Made by a program: the position numbers and the translations under genes
Part shown: one piece after another, positions 9,603 through 19,599 of the stretch
How positions within the stretch are numbered: the first letter of the stretch is position 1
How the letters are laid out: each line of letters opens with the position of its first letter
Notes under the pieces: model-generated
What the model saw: the letters and a program-made list of their open reading frames with translations, nothing else
Told to the model about the DNA's origin: nothing
Databases searched by the model: none
Assembly (NCBI GenBank): GCA_007123885.1
Contig: SLGC01000016.1
Location: forward strand, 1 to 42,333
Reading direction: 5' to 3'
DNA from: Bacteroidales bacterium
GTDB taxonomy: Bacteria > Bacteroidota > Bacteroidia > Bacteroidales > PUMT01
DNA: 42,333 bases

Positions 9603-11000
9603 TCAATTTGTCCGCCAGGTTTCCTCGATCTCTTCAAGCGACAGTCCTTTTGTTTCAGGAATCAGTTTCAGTATGAAGGGAACCGGAATGCAACATAACG
9701 CAAAAACAATAAATGTTCCTGCCGGGGTGAGAACTGACAGCATCCACGGTACAACCTGACCGATTATGGCAGTTCCAATCCATAAAACAAGTGTGGCAAG
9801 GGACATGGCACGACCACGGATCCTTGTGGGATATATTTCCGAAAGCAAAACCCATATGACCGGGCCATACCCAATTGCAAATGAAGTAATGAAAGTGAGA
9901 ATAAAAAAAAGCAGGAGAATGCCCTGTGTATGACCTGTGAAAAATAAAATCCCCACAATGATCAGTGAAATGAACATTCCCTTAATACCTCCCATCATCA
10001 GCGTTTTCCTGCCGTAATTATCAATCTTCATTATGGCAAATATGGTTGCCAGCATATTTACCACCCCGATGATAACCTGACCGCCGATTGCATCACTGAG
10101 ACGGATACCAGCTTCTTCCATGATCCGCGGACCGTAATAGATAATCGCATTAATACCGGTAAACTGGGAAAGGATTGCCAAACCCATCCCGGTAAATACT
10201 GCCATTCTGACCCCTTTTGAAAACAACATTTTCCAGGATCCGGCATCTTCCTTTGCAATGGCTGATTTAATTGATTCCAACTCCAGCCTGGCCGTTTCGG
10301 CCGAATTTATTTTTGCCAGCACCTTGCCGGCTTTTTCATTTTTGTTTTTGGTAACCAGCCAGCGCGGAGTGGATGGCACAAAAAACATCATTATTAAAAA
10401 CAAAAGAGCCGGGACAGCTTCACTTCCCAGCATGGCCCGCCATACCTCACCTACAAATATCTGGTGTAACATTCCACCCGGACCGGGAAAAACAGGTGTT
10501 TCACTCAAACGCAAAAGGGAGGCATTTACAAAGTAGGCGCTCACTATACCTATGGTGATTGCAAACTGGTAAAGTGCAACCATCCGTCCCCGGATGTGTG
10601 CGGGAGAAATCTCAGAGATATAAAGGGGCGAAAGCATCGAAGCAATACCCACGCCCAATCCCCCCACCAAACGGTATATTATCAGTTGTGTTTGTGTGGC
10701 GCATACTGAACATCCCAGTGCAGAAATAAGAAAAAGAAACCCCGAAAGGATAAGTGAGCTTTTCCTTCCAAAACGGTCTGACATTTCCCCGGCAAAGCTT
10801 ACCCCGATTATACATCCGACAAGGGCAGAACTGACAAACCAGCCTTCAGAAACTATACTCAATCCAAACTGTGTTTTCACCATACTTATGGTGCCAGAAA
10901 TAATAGCGGTATCATAGCCGAACAAAAAGCCGCCCAGGGCGGCTGCAGAGGCTATAAAAAACAGGTATGGACGGTTAATCTTTTGATTTTGGCTAATCAT
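9603..11000 (-). CDS. Sugar porter family MFS transporter (XylE/AraE-like)
   Basis: GGFLFGYDTAIISG, SDRFGRK, PLYISEISPAHIRG, P-x-T-PRW, QFTGINAIIYYG, SEIYPTRIRG, PETKGLSLEEIE. Confidence 0.93.
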   Translation of the reverse strand: MISQNQKINRPYLFFIASAAALGGFLFGYDTAIISGTISMVKTQFGLSIVSEGWFVSSALVGCIIGVSFAGEMSDRFGRKSSLILSGFLFLISALGCSVCATQTQLIIYRLVGGLGVGIASMLSPLYISEISPAHIRGRMVALYQFAITIGIVSAYFVNASLLRLSETPVFPGPGGMLHQIFVGEVWRAMLGSEAVPALLFLIMMFFVPSTPRWLVTKNKNEKAGKVLAKINSAETARLELESIKSAIAKEDAGSWKMLFSKGVRMAVFTGMGLAILSQFTGINAIIYYGPRIMEEAGIRLSDAIGGQVIIGVVNMLATIFAIMKIDNYGRKTLMMGGIKGMFISLIIVGILFFTGHTQGILLLFFILTFITSFAIGYGPVIWVLLSEIYPTRIRGRAMSLATLVLWIGTAIIGQVVPWMLSVLTPAGTFIVFALCCIPVPFILKLIPETKGLSLEEIEETWRTN

Positions 11001-11626
11001 GGTTCTTCAACAGGTCAGGTATCGATGCCAATGCTATCTGGTTCCTTTTTTTCTCCGGCTTTCTTAATTAACATTGAATTTCCCGGAAAGCAGCAACATG
11101 ACTTCAAACTATATGATTTCCAAAGTTTTTTCAATATTAGCCGGTGGAAATTATTCGCAGAAAGGCAGATATCCAGCATACACTTTATATAATTTTTAGA
11201 AGGCAGCAAAATAGTAAATTCTTTTAGTGAATCGCTCACTTCTGACTTCTTTTTTCATCTTGCCGGATTAACCTTTTTTGCACCTTTTTGCATTCATTCG
11301 GGCGAATGCGCCATGAAACGGCTTCAGGGAATATGACCCCCGCATGAATTTTGACGAGGTTTGCCCGTGAACGGGGATTTTTACTTATTTTAGTAGCGCG
11401 TAGATAATGATAATAAACTCAATTGTCTCCATATTACCCTTTAATTCTTTTCCTGAAGTGACCAAATCTTTGCCGGAAAAAAATTGCATTATGAACTCGC
11501 CGGCATGTAAAATTTTGATCATTCCAAAATATTGGCTTAATTGCATAATCTTTAAGGTTAATTTATGGATAAAGACAAATATGCCCCAGGACTTGATTAT
11601 GCCAGTCTGATAAAATAGAATCCCTT

Positions 11627-13111
11627 ATGCACAACATCGATCTCCTGATCTTTATCACCTATTTCATAGGGATCATACTTTTTGGTGTTTCATTCCACAA
11701 AAAAGGAAGGACAGCCAATGATTATTCCACCGGTTCAGGAACTATACCGGCATGGGTGATCGGACTGTCAATTTTCGCAACTTTTGTCAGCAGCATAAGT
11801 TACCTTGCCCTTCCCGGAATTGCATTCCTGTCAAACTGGAATTCATATGTGTTCAGTCTTACCATACCATTTGCCATGTTGATGGCAATTAAATTTTTCA
11901 TACCGTTATACAGAAGCGTAGGAAGTCCCTCGGCATATACCTGGCTTGAACAAAGATTCGGCCCGTGGGCACGGATGTACGTTGCCTCTTTCTGGATGCT
12001 AACCCAGTTGATGAGGATCGCCACAATCCTTTATCTGCTGGCATTACCGATGTATGTATTGCTTGGCTGGGATATGAGGATAATAATTTTAATAACCGGA
12101 TCTGCCGTATTGATATATTCAGTACTTGGAGGTATAAAAGCCGTTATATGGACAGATGCAATTCAGGCAATCGTTCTGATATGCGGTGCAATTGTAACAA
12201 TAGGGATAATTATTTATTCATTACCCGGAGGAACCTCCCAATTCATACAGGTCGCAAACCAGCATGATAAATTCAGCCTGGGAAGCTTTGGAACAAGCCT
12301 GACAGAATCAACTTTTTGGGTAGTATTTGTCTATGGCCTGTTTATTAATCTGCAGAACTACGGCATAGACCAGAATTATATACAAAGATATATGAGCGCC
12401 AGGAACGAAAGAGAGGCCATCACTTCAGCACTCGGAGGTGGATTATTATATGTGCCCGTATCACTTTTATTCTTCATTATCGGAACCGGTCTGTTTGTTT
12501 ACTACCAGGTTTACCCCGATACTCTTCCTGCCGGGTTCAGGGAAACAGGCATGTCAGACAGCGTATTCCCCTGGTTCATAATAAATATACTGCCTACCGG
12601 GCTTACCGGCCTGCTTATAGCTTCAATATTTGCTGCAGGCATGAGCACTATCTCGACAAGCCTTAACAGCAGTGCTACTGTTTTTTTAAATGATTTCTAC
12701 AAGCGCTATAAAAAGGATGTTACTGAAAAAAAATCACTTTCTATCCTGTATATCTCATCAGCTCTAATAAGCATATTTGGCATAATAATATCATTTTATA
12801 TAATCAGGGTTGACAGTGCACTTGACGTCTGGTGGAACCTGGCCGGCATTTTCAGCGGCGGGATGCTGGGTATATTTCTCTTAGGTTACTTTGTAAAAAA
12901 GTCAGACAACCTATCAGTAATTACCGGGGTAATACTGGGGCTGCTGGTAATTGCATGGATGAGCCTTTCCCCGGTTTATTTTACAGGAGCATTAGAAAAG
13001 TACATGAATCCTTTGCATAGCTATTTTACTATAGTAATCGGAACAATGGTAATTTTCTTCACGGGATTAATAATAACTCTGTCCATTAATAAATACTACA
13101 AGAAAAAATGA
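11627..13111 (+). CDS. Sodium:solute symporter (SLC5, sialic-acid SiaT/NIS-like subgroup)
   Basis: GLSIFATFVSSISYL, SAYTWLEQRFG, GGIKAVIWTDAIQ, DQNYIQRY, AAGMSTISTSLNS; many predicted transmembrane segments. Confidence 0.9.
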   Translation: MHNIDLLIFITYFIGIILFGVSFHKKGRTANDYSTGSGTIPAWVIGLSIFATFVSSISYLALPGIAFLSNWNSYVFSLTIPFAMLMAIKFFIPLYRSVGSPSAYTWLEQRFGPWARMYVASFWMLTQLMRIATILYLLALPMYVLLGWDMRIIILITGSAVLIYSVLGGIKAVIWTDAIQAIVLICGAIVTIGIIIYSLPGGTSQFIQVANQHDKFSLGSFGTSLTESTFWVVFVYGLFINLQNYGIDQNYIQRYMSARNEREAITSALGGGLLYVPVSLLFFIIGTGLFVYYQVYPDTLPAGFRETGMSDSVFPWFIINILPTGLTGLLIASIFAAGMSTISTSLNSSATVFLNDFYKRYKKDVTEKKSLSILYISSALISIFGIIISFYIIRVDSALDVWWNLAGIFSGGMLGIFLLGYFVKKSDNLSVITGVILGLLVIAWMSLSPVYFTGALEKYMNPLHSYFTIVIGTMVIFFTGLIITLSINKYYKKK

Positions 13112-15318
13112 AGCATGAAATCCATCCGTTCTTAAACAAAAAACAGGTCAAACATCAATGCTTATCTGTACCCTTGTTTATTATAATAGCCTGTCTTTTA
13201 ACAAACATGTTATCATGTCAATCTGCTGCAAGAAGAACTAAAACCAGTGACATGCTTATTATATCTAAGGAATTTATCTATGAAGAAGCTCCATTTCCCA
13301 GCTGCCATGCATCCACCATTGAGGAAACCCCGGCAGGTCTTATAGCTGCCTGGTTTGGAGGAACCCATGAAAGGCATGAAGACGTGGAAATATGGATTAG
13401 CAGAAGAGAGGGAGGGCAGTGGACTGCTCCCGAATCTGTTGCTGATGGCATCCAGGACAGGGATAACAGGTATCCCTGCTGGAATCCGGTATTATACCAG
13501 GTGCCTGGCGGACCGCTTATGCTGTTTTACAAAGTCGGACCCTCTCCACGGGAATGGTGGGGCATGCTAAAAACTTCAGGGGATAATGGTAAAACATGGT
13601 CTGATGCCCGAAAACTTCCTGAAAATATACTGGGACCAATTAAAAACAAGCCTGTTATGGTTGATGGCAAATTACTCTGCCCTTCCAGTACAGAGCACGA
13701 TGGATGGCGGGTACACTTTGAAATTACAGAAGACTTCGGAGAAACCTGGAAAGTTACAGCTCCCCTGGATGATGAAAGGAAATTCAATATTATCCAGCCC
13801 AGCATCCTTTTCTATCCTGGCAATAAACTTCAAATGCTGGCCCGGAGCAGGGAAAATTATGTGATCAGCAGCTGGTCGGAAGATGGAGGTTATACATGGA
13901 CTGATCCCGAACCCACTTTCCTTCCCAATCCGAACTCAGGAACAGACGCGGTGACATTGCAAAACGGTTTGCAGCTAATAGTCTACAATCATTCATATAT
14001 TACGGAAGGAAGATGGGGCGGCTCAAGAACACCTTTAAAAGTCGCCGCATCAGTCGACGGTACGATCTGGGAAACAGTAGTTGTGCTGGAGGATGAACCC
14101 GGGGAATTTTCCTACCCGGCCATTATAGAGGGAAAAGATGGAACAATCCATATAACATATACCTGGAACAGGGAAAAGATCAAGTACGTGGCATTAAATC
14201 ACGAAAAACTTGATTATCATTCAGTACAAGGCCGTATAATCGATGAGGATAAAGTAAAACATCTGAAAATCTTTCATGAGCCCGGCAGGTTTGGCGGATG
14301 GCCCGCAAATCACGGAATATGGTCATGGGATGATGAAATACTGGTTGGCTTTTGTGCCGCTTATTACCAGGATCGCGGCAGGGGGCATCATGTTAATCCC
14401 GATAAGCCTGAACATCATGTGCTGGCAAGAAGCATGGATGGAGGTGAGACATGGAAGCTGGAATACCCCGAAGAACAGAAAGCTTTATTGCCCCGCGGAG
14501 CGATGCTTTTTGGAACTCCGATACCTGATGTGGAATATCCTTCCATTACTGAACCCGAAACCCCGATAAATTTTGCTCATCCGGATCTGGCTATGACTTT
14601 CAGGATGGAAGACCACAGGGGTACCGGTCAGTCCAGGTTTTATTACTCCTATGATCGTGGCAGGAACTGGCAAGGACCATATGAACTACCTTTATTTGAT
14701 ACACCGGGAATTGCTGCACGTACAGATTACATTATTGAGAGTGAGAATGAGTTGCTTGTTTTCCTGACTGCCGGGAAATCAAATGGATGGGAAGGAAGAA
14801 CCCTTGTAGTAAAAACCTCTGACGGAGGCCTGAACTGGGAATTCCTGTCCTGGATAGGCTCTGAACCGGATGGTTTCCGGATCATGCCCTCCTCAATAAG
14901 ACTACCAGACAATGAAATTTTAACAACAGTGCGCCGGCGTGAAGGCTCCCGGAGGTGGATTAAATCCTGGCTTTCAGTTGATCAGGGACAAAGCTGGAAA
15001 GCCCTGGGCAACGTGGCAACCGATGTGGCGGTTGGCAGTCCGCCCAGTATCTTAAAACTTGAAGACGGACGATTGGCTGTAATTTATGCCCGCAGGGGTG
15101 AACCTTTTGGAATGAGAGCCAGGATAAGTGAAGATAATGGCAGGACCTGGAGTTATCCTGTCATTCTAAGGAGTGATGGAGGAAGTTGGGATATAGGTTA
15201 TCCTGTTTCTGTTCAGCGTTCTGACGGGAAAATTGTTACTATCTATTATTACTGGGATGAGAAGACGGGACCGGAAAGATATATTGCTGCAACTATCTGG
15301 GATCCCGATGATTATTAA
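13108..15318 (+). CDS. Tandem BNR/Asp-box sialidase-like (GH33-like) lipoprotein with two propeller domains
   Basis: Domain 1: CHASTI, WFGG..E, WNPVL, GPIKNKP, IQP, PNPNSG, RTPL, SYP, Asp boxes (S.DNGKTW, EDFGETW, EDGGYTW). Domain 2: GWPANHGIWSW, further Asp boxes (S.DGGETW, YDRGRNW, DGGLNW, DQGQSW, EDNGRTW), DIGYP. Possible lipobox MLS-C. Confidence 0.8.
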   Translation: MKHEIHPFLNKKQVKHQCLSVPLFIIIACLLTNMLSCQSAARRTKTSDMLIISKEFIYEEAPFPSCHASTIEETPAGLIAAWFGGTHERHEDVEIWISRREGGQWTAPESVADGIQDRDNRYPCWNPVLYQVPGGPLMLFYKVGPSPREWWGMLKTSGDNGKTWSDARKLPENILGPIKNKPVMVDGKLLCPSSTEHDGWRVHFEITEDFGETWKVTAPLDDERKFNIIQPSILFYPGNKLQMLARSRENYVISSWSEDGGYTWTDPEPTFLPNPNSGTDAVTLQNGLQLIVYNHSYITEGRWGGSRTPLKVAASVDGTIWETVVVLEDEPGEFSYPAIIEGKDGTIHITYTWNREKIKYVALNHEKLDYHSVQGRIIDEDKVKHLKIFHEPGRFGGWPANHGIWSWDDEILVGFCAAYYQDRGRGHHVNPDKPEHHVLARSMDGGETWKLEYPEEQKALLPRGAMLFGTPIPDVEYPSITEPETPINFAHPDLAMTFRMEDHRGTGQSRFYYSYDRGRNWQGPYELPLFDTPGIAARTDYIIESENELLVFLTAGKSNGWEGRTLVVKTSDGGLNWEFLSWIGSEPDGFRIMPSSIRLPDNEILTTVRRREGSRRWIKSWLSVDQGQSWKALGNVATDVAVGSPPSILKLEDGRLAVIYARRGEPFGMRARISEDNGRTWSYPVILRSDGGSWDIGYPVSVQRSDGKIVTIYYYWDEKTGPERYIAATIWDPDDY

Positions 15319-15333
15319 TGCAAACCGTGAAAG

Positions 15334-16266
15334 ATGAAGGAAAATGAATTTGTAAGAATGGAAGGATTGATCGTACCGGTAATAACTCCTTTCACCAGGG
15401 AAGGAGATATTGACATTCCCCTGTTGAAAGATCATCTCGACTTTCTGGTAAGCTCAGGGGTTACATTTTTTTTCATTCTTGGAACAACCGGTGAGTTTTT
15501 TCTTCTTACAACGGATGAAAGAAAAAAATTATCCGAAATAATAATCGATCATATAGGCGATAGAGGTAAAGTCTATATTAATGTAGGATCAACAAGCACA
15601 ACTGCATCATGCGAACTGGCAGAACATGCCCAGGATACAGGTGCAAAGGGAATCGGTGCAATTACACCCTATTTTTTCAGAGCCAGTCAGAATGAACTGG
15701 AAAGGTATTACCTGGACATTGCCGGCAGTGTCGAACCGGAATTCCCGGTTTACTTGTACAATATACCAGAAAATACAGGAAATGATCTGTTACCTGAAAC
15801 CGTGCAAAAACTATCAAAAAAGGAAAACATTATCGGAATAAAAAACAGCATGAACGATATTGCCAGGATAAAAGCCCTGATAAATTCTACAGCACCTGGT
15901 TTTGATGTGATCACCGGATCAGATGATATCATATACCCCGGCATGTTATGCGGTGCGAAAGGGGCCGTATCGGGTACAGCCAACGTTTTCCCCGAGGTTT
16001 TTGTGAGATTATTCAAGTCATTTTTCAGCGGTTTGAATGAAGAGGCCCTGCAGCAGCAGATGATTGTCAATGATCTTGTACAAATTATGAACAGGGGAAT
16101 TCCTTCATTCAAGGAAGCTCTGCTCATCAGGGGCCATCAAAAATGCTACACTCGCAAACCGATCAATGAACTCACATCATCTGAAAAAAAATCCCTGAGG
16201 GACGGGATAAATAGTATTATCGGCAAGATAAATCCGGGGGAAAAGAAAAAAAATATCGAAATTTAA
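15334..16266 (+). CDS. DapA/NanA-family class I aldolase/lyase
   Basis: TPF..G.ID, GTTGEF, TPYFF, YLYNIP, Schiff-base Lys in IGIKNS, GAVSGTANVFP. Confidence 0.9.
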   Translation: MKENEFVRMEGLIVPVITPFTREGDIDIPLLKDHLDFLVSSGVTFFFILGTTGEFFLLTTDERKKLSEIIIDHIGDRGKVYINVGSTSTTASCELAEHAQDTGAKGIGAITPYFFRASQNELERYYLDIAGSVEPEFPVYLYNIPENTGNDLLPETVQKLSKKENIIGIKNSMNDIARIKALINSTAPGFDVITGSDDIIYPGMLCGAKGAVSGTANVFPEVFVRLFKSFFSGLNEEALQQQMIVNDLVQIMNRGIPSFKEALLIRGHQKCYTRKPINELTSSEKKSLRDGINSIIGKINPGEKKKNIEI

Positions 16267-16318
16267 GATAGCCTTCATCAGAACATCCCATAAAATATTC
16301 CTTAACCACATAAGACAT

Positions 16319-17821
16319 ATGCAAATCAGGAATAAATTAATACTTTCGGGACTACTCCCCGCCGCTTTGTTATCCATGGCAGACCAAACAACAGCAGAGG
16401 AAGGGGCCGGCAAAAAACCGAACATAGTTTTTATTTTTGCTGACGACATGGGATGGTCAGACGCTGAATACCAGGGATTCAAGACTGCCGGCCTGCACGA
16501 AACCCCCAATATTGACAGGCTCGCGTCCGAAGGTATGATACTCAACCGGTTTTATCCCTCAGCAGCAAACTGCGCACCAAGCAGGGCATGCCTGTTGACG
16601 GGCACCTATACCCCAAGGCACGGGGTTTATGTACCCCAGGGACTATCAAGGGGTGGCGATGTAAGCCGTATGCGCTGGAAAGTTCCCACACAGGGACAGG
16701 ACGATTCTTTCAATACCTTTAATGTTAGTATCAATAATGTTGATCCAGGGTTCATATCCCTTGCCGAAATGCTTAAAGAGGGTGGTTATGTAACGGCCCG
16801 CCTCGGGAAATGGCACATAGGCGATGATAACCAGGGCTTCGACCTCTCCTCTGCCGAGGGAACACCGAACTTCGTGACAAATCTCTGGGGACAGGAACGA
16901 CGATATTATACCGATGTTACAGTGGCCGAAAGATTAACCGATGCAGCGATTGATTTTATCCACGAAAACAGGGACAAACCATTCTTTCTCTACCTTGCAC
17001 ACTGGGAACCCCATACTCCTCTTGCTGCCAGACCTGAAAGAATCGAATATTTCAGGAAAAAGTTTGAGAAAATGGGAGCGGATGAGGTGGACCCGGCATA
17101 TGCGGCCATGATTGAGCAGCTTGATATAAGTACCGGAAGGATAACGGCACTTTTGAAGGCCCTGGGGCTTGAGCATAATACCATGGTGATATTCACCTCA
17201 GACAACGGGGGATTACACCGAATACCAAACAATTATCCCCTCAGGGCAAATAAAGGTTCATTTTATGAAGGAGGGATCAGGACCCCCTGTGTAATCAAGT
17301 GGCCGGGAGTTATTGAACCCGGATCAATAAGCTGGTACCCTGTGAACGGCGTTGATTTTATGCCAACTTTTGCTGAGATGGCCTCGGTCCCCGTGCCCGG
17401 CTCCCAGCCGGTTGATGGTTACTCGATCCTGCCGTTGCTTCGGGGAGAGGAAATGATCCCCTCCCACTCCGAAAGGACAATGTTCTTCCACTTCCCTCTT
17501 TATCTTGGCGGAACGGAATCCTCACTTCCGGTATACGGCGGAAGGGAGAAAAACTACTGGAGGGCCGTGCCAGGCACCACTATGATGGAAGGGGACTGGA
17601 AGCTTATATACTATTATGAATATGGGAACTTTGAGTTGTTTAACCTTGGTAATGACCTTTCGGAAGAAAATGACCTTGCTTCCGTGGAAACTGAAGTAGC
17701 AAAAAGACTGCTAAGGAAGCTGAATGCATGGACAAAAGAGGTTAATGCCCCAATTCCGGATGTGCCCAATGAAAAATTTGATCCTGACCAAACTGTCCTT
17801 AAAGAAAATTTTCAGATGTAG
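16319..17821 (+). CDS. Formylglycine-dependent sulfatase (S1), secreted
   Basis: PNIVFIFADDMG, CAPSRACLLTG, GKWHIG, SDNGG, KGSFYEGGIR; signal peptide. Confidence 0.95.
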   Translation: MQIRNKLILSGLLPAALLSMADQTTAEEGAGKKPNIVFIFADDMGWSDAEYQGFKTAGLHETPNIDRLASEGMILNRFYPSAANCAPSRACLLTGTYTPRHGVYVPQGLSRGGDVSRMRWKVPTQGQDDSFNTFNVSINNVDPGFISLAEMLKEGGYVTARLGKWHIGDDNQGFDLSSAEGTPNFVTNLWGQERRYYTDVTVAERLTDAAIDFIHENRDKPFFLYLAHWEPHTPLAARPERIEYFRKKFEKMGADEVDPAYAAMIEQLDISTGRITALLKALGLEHNTMVIFTSDNGGLHRIPNNYPLRANKGSFYEGGIRTPCVIKWPGVIEPGSISWYPVNGVDFMPTFAEMASVPVPGSQPVDGYSILPLLRGEEMIPSHSERTMFFHFPLYLGGTESSLPVYGGREKNYWRAVPGTTMMEGDWKLIYYYEYGNFELFNLGNDLSEENDLASVETEVAKRLLRKLNAWTKEVNAPIPDVPNEKFDPDQTVLKENFQM

Positions 17822-17998
17822 TAGCCTATTTGCTTCCTGGTCCGCACAGGGGGAGTGACTTAAGCAATGCAAATCCCGTGATAGTGGAGCAAATGATGGT
17901 TCTGCCGGAGCAATTTTTTGAAGGGAACAGGTCATTTAAAACCGCTCTTCCGGCACTTTGACAGGTAAATAAATTGTACAAATCATAAACAGAAAAAT

Positions 17999-19525
17999 AT
18001 GAACAAGTCAGCGCTGGCAATAAATGTTTTCTCAGGCTGCCTGCTATTTTCGGCCGGGGCAGGCTGCAGCAACCAGCATAAGGATGACCCGAAGATACCT
18101 GAGAGACCAAATATCATTTTTATTATGGCCGATGATATGGGATACGGCGATCCAGGGTGCTACGGGCAAACCAGGATAAAAACCCCCAATATCGACCGGC
18201 TTGCCGGTGAGGGCATCCGCTTTACCAATGCCTACTCAGGAAGTGCTGTATGCGCTCCTTCACGCTCAACATTGATGCAGGGTCTCCATACCGGGCGTGC
18301 ACGTGTAAGAGATAATATGTTTAACAGTTACAGGGAAACGCTTCGTGAAGGTGATTATACAGCTGCCATGATGCTGCAGGATGCGGGTTATAAAACCGGG
18401 ATGTTCGGGAAATGGGGACTCGGACTGCATGATCAGTATGGAATACCGCAAAGAATGGGGTTTGATGAGTTTTTCGGCTACCTGAACCAGCGGCATGCTC
18501 ATAATCACTATCCCGAATTCCTTTATCATAATGAAACACGGGTTTACTTCCCCGGAAACGGGATCCATCATACCAGCCGTGACCTTTACTACGGTGATCA
18601 TCCATACGATGAAAACGGGATCTGTCATCCCCTGGGCATCGATGACCCGTCAAAAGCCAAATATGCTTTTGATGTATATTGTGAAAGGTCACTGAAATTT
18701 GTCAGGAATAACAAGGACAACCACTTTTTCCTCTACCTCCCCTATACTCCCCCGCACGGCGCATTCGTCACCCCCGATCTGGGCATTTATACTCATGAAG
18801 ACTGGCCGCTGCCATACAGGGTATGGGCAGCCATGGTCACGCGTATTGACGATGAGGTGGGAAAACTACTTGATCTTCTTGTAGAGCTTGGAATTGATGA
18901 CAACACCCTGATATTTTTTACATCTGACAATGGAAATATAGACGGGCCCTCCGGACCGGACGGGATACCGGCGGGTGAATTCTTCAGTAACAGCTCTCCT
19001 ACCAGGGGGATGAAAGGAGGAATATATAACGGATCCTTCCATGTACCTTCAATTGCCCGATGGCCGGCGTATATTGAGCCCGGACAGGTAAGTGACCATA
19101 TATGGGCATTCTGGGATTTTCTGCCTACCGTTGCAGATATTATCGGGGTGCCTGTTCCGGAAAATATCGATGGGATTTCAATTCTCCCCACATTGCTCGG
19201 CATGAATGACAAACAAGAAAAGCACGATTTCCTTTACTGGGAAATAAACCGGCAACAGGCCGTCAGGATGGGCGACTGGTACGGAGTTAAAAACAGGGAC
19301 GGCAGACTTGAATTGTTTAACCTGATTGATAACCCTGCACAGGACAATGATATTTCTGCATTACATCCTGAAATAGTACAAAAAATTACAGGTATAATGC
19401 AGTCTCAGCATGTTCCCAGTGACGTATGGCCCAGTCCGGGTGAATCTGATGAGGCGTTTAAGCTCAGAATGGCCCGGCTGGGGATCAACCGCGAAGACAG
19501 GCCGGATAATGCAGGTAACTTTTAA
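17999..19525 (+). CDS. Arylsulfatase (S1) lipoprotein
   Basis: Lipobox AGAG-C; PNIIFIMADDMG, CAPSRSTLMQG, GKWGLG, SDNG, WDFLPT. Confidence 0.95.
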   Translation: MNKSALAINVFSGCLLFSAGAGCSNQHKDDPKIPERPNIIFIMADDMGYGDPGCYGQTRIKTPNIDRLAGEGIRFTNAYSGSAVCAPSRSTLMQGLHTGRARVRDNMFNSYRETLREGDYTAAMMLQDAGYKTGMFGKWGLGLHDQYGIPQRMGFDEFFGYLNQRHAHNHYPEFLYHNETRVYFPGNGIHHTSRDLYYGDHPYDENGICHPLGIDDPSKAKYAFDVYCERSLKFVRNNKDNHFFLYLPYTPPHGAFVTPDLGIYTHEDWPLPYRVWAAMVTRIDDEVGKLLDLLVELGIDDNTLIFFTSDNGNIDGPSGPDGIPAGEFFSNSSPTRGMKGGIYNGSFHVPSIARWPAYIEPGQVSDHIWAFWDFLPTVADIIGVPVPENIDGISILPTLLGMNDKQEKHDFLYWEINRQQAVRMGDWYGVKNRDGRLELFNLIDNPAQDNDISALHPEIVQKITGIMQSQHVPSDVWPSPGESDEAFKLRMARLGINREDRPDNAGNF

Positions 19526-19599
19526 TCTCGCTCCGGACAGGGTTTCCGGATTGCTGCTAGCTTTGGCCCGGCCCCTAAAGGTTAAGGGGATATGGGGCA

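Noticed and set aside
15334-16266. Calling this gene dapA or nanA
   Set aside because: The motifs fit the family but cannot fix the substrate, and the context argues against lysine biosynthesis.
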